Assembly: GCA_900617105.1 (NCBI GenBank)
Contig: UYFQ01000006.1
Location: 558,001 to 622,000, forward strand
Direction: 5' to 3'
Source of the DNA: Hydrurus foetidus
Taxonomy: Eukaryota
Length of the DNA: 64,000 bases
Every line of letters begins with the position of its first letter. Positions within the stretch are counted from its first letter, which is position 1. A model generated the notes under the pieces. The model was not told where the DNA came from and did not search any database. It saw nothing but the letters and a program-made list of their open reading frames with translations. This document shows, piece after piece, positions 57,272-64,000 of this stretch. A program made the translations under genes and the position numbers.

Positions 57272-58033
57272 TTAGCGCGACACACCCAAGCGCTGCCGAA
57301 AGTCGGCCTGGAGCTTGTCGTACTGGCCACTCGCCTTGAACGTCTGAAGACCCGCTTCAAACAACTCCGCCATGCGTTTACCGTCCGGGTGTGTTTTCGA
57401 AAAATTCAACCAAAACGCATCTGTACCCAGCAAGCCTACTTGCCTCACCTTGCCCGCCAAAGCAGGGTCTTGCTTGATGCGCAACAGCCCCGGAAGGGTG
57501 TTCAAAATCACAAATTTAACGCGCTTGGCAGCCAGCATTTTGAGCAAATGCTCGTCCGAATTGGCCTCAAACTTTTTGATTTTTTCATTGCGCATGAAAT
57601 CTGTAGGGTAGGTGTAACCCGTGGTGATGCCCACCGTGCTGCCCTCCAGTGCCTTGGCACTCATCCCGGTGCTGGTTACGTCGTTCATCGCAAAAATAGC
57701 CAACCCTTCTTTGAAGATGGGCGTGGGGTGCCAGTGAAACTCATCCCGGTTTTCATCAGTGATGGTGGTGTTGAAGCAAGCTACAGCCTTGCCCATTTTG
57801 ACCAAATGCAAGCACCGTACAAACGGTACCGTATCAAAATTAACTTCAATCCCTTTGAGCTTGAATACAGCGCGCACCAGATCGGGTGAAAACCCTTCAG
57901 GGCCAGAACGGTCTGCTTTCATGGAGGAATAAGGGGGCCAGTCATCCTCCGCGGCGATGGTGATCGCAGTTGGCGCAGCCCAGCACGAAGCCATCAAACT
58001 AAAGCCCAAAACCGCCGCAATGATGAGTCGCAT
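57272..58033 (-). CDS. Periplasmic solute-binding protein (family 3-like)
   Basis: Signal peptide, AEDDWPPYS, G...DLV..VF, PF.RC, G.T.GYTYP. Confidence 0.88.
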   Translation of the reverse strand: MRLIIAAVLGFSLMASCWAAPTAITIAAEDDWPPYSSMKADRSGPEGFSPDLVRAVFKLKGIEVNFDTVPFVRCLHLVKMGKAVACFNTTITDENRDEFHWHPTPIFKEGLAIFAMNDVTSTGMSAKALEGSTVGITTGYTYPTDFMRNEKIKKFEANSDEHLLKMLAAKRVKFVILNTLPGLLRIKQDPALAGKVRQVGLLGTDAFWLNFSKTHPDGKRMAELFEAGLQTFKASGQYDKLQADFRQRLGVSR

Positions 58034-58038
58034 AGTGC

Positions 58039-58094
58039 ATCCTTTGATCCTTTGATCCTTTGATCCTTTGATCCTTTGATCCTTTGATCCTTTG
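58039..58094. repeat. Perfect tandem repeat (ATCCTTTG)x7, reading CAAAGGAT on the coding strand
   Basis: Seven exact 8-bp units counted, ending 5 nt before the ATG at 58033. Confidence 0.95.
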
Positions 58095-58193
58095 AGCAAG
58101 CACTTAAATTGTGCCCGGTTCACCCTAAGAGCGCTACTAAGCCATACAGAACCCAATGCCAAATAGTTTGGATTGCGCTGCCCTTTTTGAAGC

Positions 58194-60266
58194 TCAAGCC
58201 AGGGTGCGACGCTGCGCCAGCTGCTGGTACCAGTCCAAGCACCCTGGGTTGGCCATCGCATCGCGGTTCACCACTTTTTCCAGCGGCTGGCCCAGCAGCA
58301 ATTTTTTGATGGGCAGCTCCTGCTTTTTGCCAGACAGCGTGCGCGGGATTTCAGCCACATGAAAAATTTCGTTGGGCACAAAACGCGGGCTTAAAGCCAC
58401 TTTGATGGCGTTGTTCAACTTAGCCCGCAGCGCGTCGTCGAGTTCCAGCCCTGCACGCAGCACCACAAACAGCGGCATGTAGCTCTCGCGGCCCAGGTAC
58501 TCCAGATCGACCACCATGCTGTCGAGCACCTCGGGCAAGGCCTCTACGGCGCTGTACAGCTCGCTGGTGCCCATGCGCAGGCCGTGGCGGTTGATGGTGG
58601 CATCGCTGCGGCCATAAATGATGCAACCGCCCTCAGGCAAAATTTTGAGCCAATCGCCATGCCGCCAAACTGGCCCCAGCGCGGCATCGCTCATCCCCTC
58701 GGTGCCCCGCGCCCCACGGCGACCGTGGCCCGCCGGGTACATTTCGAAATAGCTCGACAGGTAACGCGCCCCGCTCGCGTCACCCCACAAAAACAGCGGC
58801 ATCGAAGGAATTGGCTGGCTGCAAATCAGCTCACCCACCTCACCCAGCACTGGCGCGCCCGTAGCATCCCAAGCCTCGACCGCGCTGCCCATCATGCGGC
58901 ACTGCATCTGGCCGGGCACCTGGGGCAGCTCGATGTTGCCGCCGATGAAAGCGCCAGCGAAATCCGTTCCCCCAGATATGTTGCACCACCAGATATCGGA
59001 CGTTCCGAGTTGCTGAAATTGAGCGGTGCCCCAGCGCTGCACGTCCTCGCTAAGCGGAGACCCTGTGGTGCCAAGCACCCGTACACGCTTCAGGCCAGGG
59101 TACTGGGCGAGATCAACCCCAGCCTTCATGCAGTTTGCAAAGAAGGCTGCACCTGCGCCGAAGAAAGTCACGCCCAAATCATCGGCAAAGCGCCACAGCG
59201 TCGTCCAATCAGGCGCCTCTTTAGACCCACCCGGGTTGCCGTCGTAAATGCAGCAGGTGGTGCCGTTCAGCAGGCCACTTACTTGCGAATTCCACATCAC
59301 CCAGCCCGTGCTGCTGTACCAGTGGTAACGCTCACCGAACGAATTGGGGGCGTAGCTGCACCCCACATCGTTGTGCAACACCTTGAGCGCCAGCGCCACC
59401 ACCACCGTGCCGCCATGCCCGTGGACGATGGGTTTGGGCAGACCGGTGGTGCCACTGGAATACACAATCCACAGCGGGTGGTCAAACGGCAGCCAGAGCG
59501 GCTCAAAAACCTCAGTTTGAGCATCATTTTGGGCTGTAGCGCTTATCCAGTCAGCTAGATTAGCTATAGATTCAAGAGCAATTTGATTGACCCCCAGGTT
59601 GCGGTGAAGCAGCACATGGCGCACGCTGGGCAAGGCGGCGCACATCTCGGCAACCACGGCGGTGCGGTCAAAATCGCGCCCGCCATAGGTCACGCCGTCG
59701 CAAGCGATAAGCACCTTGGGCTCGATTTGCGTGAAGCGGTCAAGCACTGCCGCCGTGCCCATGTCGGGCGCACAAATGCTCCACACGCCGCCAATGCTGA
59801 CGGTCGCCAAAAACGCCACCATCGCCTCGGGGATGTTGGGCAGATAGGCCGCCACCCGATCACCTGGCTGCACGCCCTGGGCTTGCAGGTGCAGTGCAAG
59901 AGATGCCACTTGCTGGCGCAGCGCAGGCCAGCTCAGCGTGTGCTGCTCACCTTTTTCATTGCGGCTGATGACCGCCAGCAGCCCCGCCGCCTCCGCCGGA
60001 GCCACATGGCGGAACACCTGCTGGGCGTAATTGACCTGTGCCCCCGGAAACCACTGCGCTCCCGGCATGGTGTTGCGCGCCAGCACCGCACTGTGCGGCG
60101 TGGGGGATTGCAGCTCAAAGTAATCCCAAATGCTCTGCCAAAAAGCATCCAAATCCGTCACCGACCACTGCCACAGCGCGTCGTAGTTGGCGAAGTGCAA
60201 GCCATGGGTGCGGGTCAGCCAATCTTGGTAGAGGCGGATTTGAGGGGTGTAAGGGGCAGATGCCAT
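58194..60266 (-). CDS. Acetoacetate-CoA ligase family (copy 2)
   Basis: VYSSGTTGLPKPIVHGHGG, GWVMWN, SGGTD, WRHGD, YGRSDATINR.G.R.GT, PRTLSGKKQE. Confidence 0.92.
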   Translation of the reverse strand: MASAPYTPQIRLYQDWLTRTHGLHFANYDALWQWSVTDLDAFWQSIWDYFELQSPTPHSAVLARNTMPGAQWFPGAQVNYAQQVFRHVAPAEAAGLLAVISRNEKGEQHTLSWPALRQQVASLALHLQAQGVQPGDRVAAYLPNIPEAMVAFLATVSIGGVWSICAPDMGTAAVLDRFTQIEPKVLIACDGVTYGGRDFDRTAVVAEMCAALPSVRHVLLHRNLGVNQIALESIANLADWISATAQNDAQTEVFEPLWLPFDHPLWIVYSSGTTGLPKPIVHGHGGTVVVALALKVLHNDVGCSYAPNSFGERYHWYSSTGWVMWNSQVSGLLNGTTCCIYDGNPGGSKEAPDWTTLWRFADDLGVTFFGAGAAFFANCMKAGVDLAQYPGLKRVRVLGTTGSPLSEDVQRWGTAQFQQLGTSDIWWCNISGGTDFAGAFIGGNIELPQVPGQMQCRMMGSAVEAWDATGAPVLGEVGELICSQPIPSMPLFLWGDASGARYLSSYFEMYPAGHGRRGARGTEGMSDAALGPVWRHGDWLKILPEGGCIIYGRSDATINRHGLRMGTSELYSAVEALPEVLDSMVVDLEYLGRESYMPLFVVLRAGLELDDALRAKLNNAIKVALSPRFVPNEIFHVAEIPRTLSGKKQELPIKKLLLGQPLEKVVNRDAMANPGCLDWYQQLAQRRTLA
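59516..59580 (-). repeat. Element copy read in frame inside the acetoacetate-CoA ligase
   Basis: TGCT-CTTGAATCTAT-AGCT-AATCTA-GCT-GACTGGATA-AGCGCT-ACAGCCC-AAAATGA, encoding ALESIANLADWISATAQND. AT-rich patch with rare ATA/CTA codons in a GC-rich gene. Confidence 0.75.
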
Positions 60267-60334
60267 ATTTTGTCTCCGGAAAGTCTCTGTTCCCGGGAAT
60301 CATACGGTGTGGTCTGCGGTTCGTGCCTTGGCAA

Positions 60335-61234
60335 TCAGGCTTTCGACACATGGTGCGCAGCCCGGTGCAAGTGCGCAATGAAGTGCCGCACCGCAGGCAA
60401 CATGACCGATTCGTTGCGCACCATGACACCGATAGTCAAGGGCAAACCACCCTCGGCGATAGGGATGGTCGCAATAAAGGGTGCCGCAACCGGGTGGGCG
60501 GCAATCTGCTCGGGTAATAAACCCACAAAATCACCCGTACCTACCAACGACAACAAAGCCAAGGTGGAGTTCACGACCGCCCCGACTGGCGGTGCAGGCA
60601 AGCCGTGGGAGTTAAACAGGAGCTTGGCGTAACCCTCGTCGCTGGACGCGCCGGTGTAGACCCATTTTGCATCGGCCAAATCATGCAGCGAGCGCGCCAG
60701 CAAACGGGGACTGCCTTTGCGCACGACAACGACCATGGAGGTAGACATGAGCCGCTCGACCGCAAACTCGCCGCTGGACAACCCTTCAGGGATACCCCCC
60801 ACTGCAACATCCACTTCCCGCCTGCGCAGCCGTTGCAGCTGCGCCAAATACAGCTCCTCGCTCACCCGCAAGCGGATGTCTGGAAACTCGCGCCCGAAGG
60901 TACGCAAGGTTTCGGGAATCAACAACATCACCGCCAGTGGCACCGCGCCAATGGACAGCACCCCCGTCATGCGCCCCGATAGCTGACTGATCTGGTCAAC
61001 CGCCACACCGAGTTCGCGCACCACCTTTTGGGCGTGCTCATAGAGCACCTTGCCCTGCGCTGTCGGCACCACCCCGCGTGTGGTGCGCATCAGCAGGCTG
61101 GCACCCAGTTCACGCTCAATTTCCTTCACCATTTTGGTAAGGGCAGGCTGAGAAACGCCCAACTGTTTGGCAGCGTTACGCAGGCTACCGGCATCGACCG
61201 CAGCAACCAGGGCTCGCAAAGTGTTGAGTTTCAT
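60335..61234 (-). CDS. LysR family regulator
   Basis: MKL..LR.LVA....GSLR.AA..LGVSQPALTK....E.ELG..L..RTTRGV.PT. Confidence 0.93.
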   Translation of the reverse strand: MKLNTLRALVAAVDAGSLRNAAKQLGVSQPALTKMVKEIERELGASLLMRTTRGVVPTAQGKVLYEHAQKVVRELGVAVDQISQLSGRMTGVLSIGAVPLAVMLLIPETLRTFGREFPDIRLRVSEELYLAQLQRLRRREVDVAVGGIPEGLSSGEFAVERLMSTSMVVVVRKGSPRLLARSLHDLADAKWVYTGASSDEGYAKLLFNSHGLPAPPVGAVVNSTLALLSLVGTGDFVGLLPEQIAAHPVAAPFIATIPIAEGGLPLTIGVMVRNESVMLPAVRHFIAHLHRAAHHVSKA

Positions 61235-61243
61235 GGGCTGGAT

Positions 61244-61260
61244 GATAACCACCGGTTATC
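61244..61260. promoter_or_regulatory. LysR recognition site (perfect palindrome, T-N11-A)
   Basis: GATAACC-ACC-GGTTATC between divergent lysR and bug genes. Confidence 0.7.
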
Positions 61261-61367
61261 GCGGTGACAAACGCAACATCTTCCGACGCAGGCACAAGAT
61301 TTCTAGACTCCAGCCCACTCACCAGGAAGGCCTGGCAGCGACACATTCAAACCCAACGGAGACAACC

Positions 61368-62360
61368 GTGATACCTCTTTCAACCCTCACCAGCACCGCG
61401 CTGGTGGCCTGCGCAGTTGCCTTTGCAGGCACTTTCGCACAGCCCGTTCAAGCGCAAGAGTTCCCAACCAAACCTGTTCGCATCATCACACCGTTCCCCG
61501 TAGGCAGCGGCCCCGAAGGCGTGGTGCGCTTGGTGGCAGACAAGCTGTCCCGTGCTTGGGGCAAACCCGTGATTGTCGAAAACAAGCCGGGCGGCAATGG
61601 CTTTATCGCCATCGATGCTTTCAAGCGCGGCGCCACAGACGGGCATGACCTGATTCAGCTGGACAACGTCCACCTGTCAGCTTACCCGCACCTGTTCAAG
61701 AAGCTCCCTTACGACGCCAAGGCCGACTTCGAGCCGCTGCTTCCGCTGTTCAAGACTTACTTTTTCTTCGCCGTTGCGACCGACAGCAAGTACAAAACCG
61801 TGGGCGACATCATTGCGGACGCCAAAGCCAATCCCGGCAAGCTGAACTACGGCTCTTGGTCGGTGGGCAACCCGGTGCATCTGGGATCAGCGCTGTTCGA
61901 GTCGGTCACCGGCACCGAAATGCAGCACGTGGTCTACAAGGAAACCACCATGCTGTACACCGGCGTGGCGAATGGCGAACTGTCGTTTGCGATGGGCACC
62001 AATGCCACTGCCGGGGCCATGTTCCGTGCGGGCAAGGTGCGCTACGTGGGTGTGGCGGCACCCAAGCGCATAGGCAGCTTTCCCAACGTGCCCACCGTGG
62101 GCGAATCCGGGGGGCCTGCGAATTTTGAGGTCAGCGGCTGGACGGCTATAGCAGCCCCCAAGGGTGTGCCCAAGGCCGTTGCCGAAAAGATCCAGCGCGA
62201 CATCGAAAAAGCCCTGGCCGAGCCAGACGTGAGGGAGAAATTCGCCTCCTTCGCGTATGAGCCGTTCCCACAGACGCGCGAGCAGTTTGGCCAGTACATC
62301 ACGTCTGAATCGGCACGCTACGGCGACATCATCAAGAAGGCCAAAGCCTCGCTGGATTGA
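61368..62360 (+). CDS. Bug/TctC substrate-binding protein
   Basis: GGAG RBS plus GTG, FPTKPVRIITPFPVGSGPE, ENKPGGNG, YGSWSVGNP.HL. Confidence 0.92.
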   Translation: MIPLSTLTSTALVACAVAFAGTFAQPVQAQEFPTKPVRIITPFPVGSGPEGVVRLVADKLSRAWGKPVIVENKPGGNGFIAIDAFKRGATDGHDLIQLDNVHLSAYPHLFKKLPYDAKADFEPLLPLFKTYFFFAVATDSKYKTVGDIIADAKANPGKLNYGSWSVGNPVHLGSALFESVTGTEMQHVVYKETTMLYTGVANGELSFAMGTNATAGAMFRAGKVRYVGVAAPKRIGSFPNVPTVGESGGPANFEVSGWTAIAAPKGVPKAVAEKIQRDIEKALAEPDVREKFASFAYEPFPQTREQFGQYITSESARYGDIIKKAKASLD

Positions 62361-62417
62361 TGGCGCGACTGCCCCCCTTATTCCAAGCCCAAAGTCCAAA
62401 ACCACCGGAGATATCCT

Positions 62418-64000
62418 ATGAAATCACGATCAAACATTAACGTTCAGTCCGCTGACTCAGCCAATTTTCGGCGTCGCGCACTGACGCTGGTAGCGGCGGG
62501 TGCGCTCAGCACTTGCATGCTTAGCGCCTGCGGCGGCAGCGACTCGGCTGACATCGCGGGCCCAGGCGTGTATGACACCAAACTGGCGTTCGACAAAACC
62601 AAGTACACCACCATCACTGTCACGCTGGATGGCGTGAGCACGCCGGTGCGCTGGTACCGCGAGGTGTGCTATGTAGCAAACCCCATGAGCCTGGCCCCAA
62701 CCCAGCCAGCACTTGGCCCACCGATTCAGGTGGACAACCAGACCTGCGGCTACCAAAACATGAATATCTTCGTTCGCGAGGTCGACGCGGCCAAGCAAGA
62801 CAACGCTATTTTGCTCAACGTCAACAACGCTGGCTGGTTTGCCAGCTACCAGGGAGGACTGGGCGGCTGGGATGGGAAAACAACCATTACCGCCAGCAAC
62901 TACAAGGGTGCCGATATCGTCAACGGTGGCACATATGTCAGTACGAGCGACACAAACAAAGTGGGCGCAGCACTAGCCCGCGGTTTTGTCTACGCCACCA
63001 TCGCGTCGCGAAGTCGTGGAGCAACTGCGCCTGCGGGTGTCTATACCGACGGGGTCTACCAAGGCAAAGCACCTGCCGCCATCGTGGACGCCAAGGCCGC
63101 TGTACGCTTTTTACGACTAAACGACAGCCTGATGCCAGGCAACGCCAGCCGCATTGTGGTGAACGGCACCAGCGGCGGTGGTGCGCAAAGCACGCAGCTT
63201 GGTGCCACAGGCGACAGCGCGGACTATTTCGCTTACCTGAAAGCTGCGGGTGCGGCCGGCATAGACGCGAACGGCAAAAGCTCAATCAGCGACAGCGTCT
63301 TCGCAATCTCGGCCTATTGCCCAATCCAAGACATGGGCAGTGCCGATCTGGCCTACGAATGGATGTTCAATGTGCTGGGGACTCGTACCCAGGTTTCTGT
63401 TGACCAGAAAGCTGGGCTGATCGTTGACGCTAGCGGTACTGAGCTCGTTCGCGCCGCAAACCCCGACCCTACAGGCAGCGCGGAGCTGATGAAAAAGTTC
63501 GTGACCTACCAGTTGGGTCTGGGTCTAAAGAACGAGGACGGCACGCCGCTGACAACAGACAACATGCTTACCGCCCTGCAAACCGAATTCAGGAAGTCTG
63601 CAAGCACGTACGTCAAGTCCGGTCGCCCCTTCGTTGCCTTCAACGCAACCGGGACCGCTGCGGCCAACGGCGTGGCGGGCGGCAGTGGAACCCTGAGCTA
63701 CAAGAACGATTTCATCGACGTCGATGCAGGCGGTACGGTCACATTCTTTGAGATGTCGAAATACTTGAAGTTCGTGGCCAAGCAGGCGCGACTTAAAGCC
63801 ATGTCGAGTTTTGACCAGGTCGGGCAGACAGCCATTCTGTCGACGACCGCGACGGCCGATACGACCAGCACGGGCGCAGTCATCTTTGGCAATTACCACG
63901 GGGGCGAATCCAACCTGTTTGGCACCCCTTCCCAGGTCTATTCCAACTTCACCGAATACGCCTGGAACAACAACAACGGTGGTGACGCCATCAATGCCGT
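62418..64000 (+). CDS. Subtype B tannase-like serine esterase, predicted lipoprotein (3' end outside window)
   Basis: Not in ORF track. Manual translation gives FRRRALTL...LSAC lipobox, GKAPAAIVDAKAAVRFLRLND..MPG...RIVVNGTSGGGA and AYCPI.D...ADLAYEW. Confidence 0.85.
   Translation, partial: MKSRSNINVQSADSANFRRRALTLVAAGALSTCMLSACGGSDSADIAGPGVYDTKLAFDKTKYTTITVTLDGVSTPVRWYREVCYVANPMSLAPTQPALGPPIQVDNQTCGYQNMNIFVREVDAAKQDNAILLNVNNAGWFASYQGGLGGWDGKTTITASNYKGADIVNGGTYVSTSDTNKVGAALARGFVYATIASRSRGATAPAGVYTDGVYQGKAPAAIVDAKAAVRFLRLNDSLMPGNASRIVVNGTSGGGAQSTQLGATGDSADYFAYLKAAGAAGIDANGKSSISDSVFAISAYCPIQDMGSADLAYEWMFNVLGTRTQVSVDQKAGLIVDASGTELVRAANPDPTGSAELMKKFVTYQLGLGLKNEDGTPLTTDNMLTALQTEFRKSASTYVKSGRPFVAFNATGTAAANGVAGGSGTLSYKNDFIDVDAGGTVTFFEMSKYLKFVAKQARLKAMSSFDQVGQTAILSTTATADTTSTGAVIFGNYHGGESNLFGTPSQVYSNFTEYAWNNNNGGDAINA

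Noticed and set aside
58039..58094. Possible CRISPR array
   Set aside because: Contiguous 8-bp units with no spacers, and no cas genes in the window.
58120..58175. Segment sharing CATACAGAAC with the element copy at 14018
   Set aside because: The terminal TGCT-N11-AGCT motif is absent, so it may be chance or heavy decay.
57272..58261. 329-aa ORF with KGSKDQRI repeats at the N-terminus
   Set aside because: The extension is just the translated 8-bp repeat and overlaps the ligase gene. The signal peptide and RBS place the start at 58033.
62666..63403. 245-aa Arg-rich ORF in the track
   Set aside because: Out-of-frame shadow of the tannase-like gene starting at 62418.

Overview
GC-rich betaproteobacterial chromosomal window, probably Comamonadaceae. 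That assignment is inferred from the gene content: four Bug/TctC proteins and a gentisate cluster. About 58 CDS were found and no rRNA, tRNA or CRISPR array. Contents include: a cytochrome b561-yceI-yceI operon; creA, rsmE and yegD-like Hsp70; mpaA-like and M20 peptidases; three MFS transporters; two type II toxin-antitoxin pairs; c-di-GMP enzymes; two convergent hybrid histidine kinases; a 3-hydroxybenzoate/gentisate operon; two acetoacetate-CoA ligases; and a partial subtype-B tannase-like lipoprotein. Main observations: (1) A dispersed ~60-65 bp AT-rich element ([TA]GCT-N11-AGC[TA] plus a spaced arm) occurs at least six times. Two copies are read in the same frame inside genes and one abuts the rsmE start codon. 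(2) An accessory block at 26.6-32.1 kb couples a GNAT toxin-antitoxin pair, a zinc-ribbon/class III cyclase/STAND-type ATPase protein with non-canonical specificity residues, a methyltransferase, an unknown protein and a candidate structured leader. (3) A 7x tandem 8-mer containing a Shine-Dalgarno-like core sits directly upstream of a solute-binding protein/sensor kinase operon. (4) An orphan secreted protein carries two motifs resembling the LapA retention module. (5) A ~5.7 kb IS3-remnant-associated insert separates the gentisate operon from its probable LysR regulator, and the operon's Bug gene has a 42-codon in-frame deletion. All calls come from reading the sequence and remembered family motifs. 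No searches were run.
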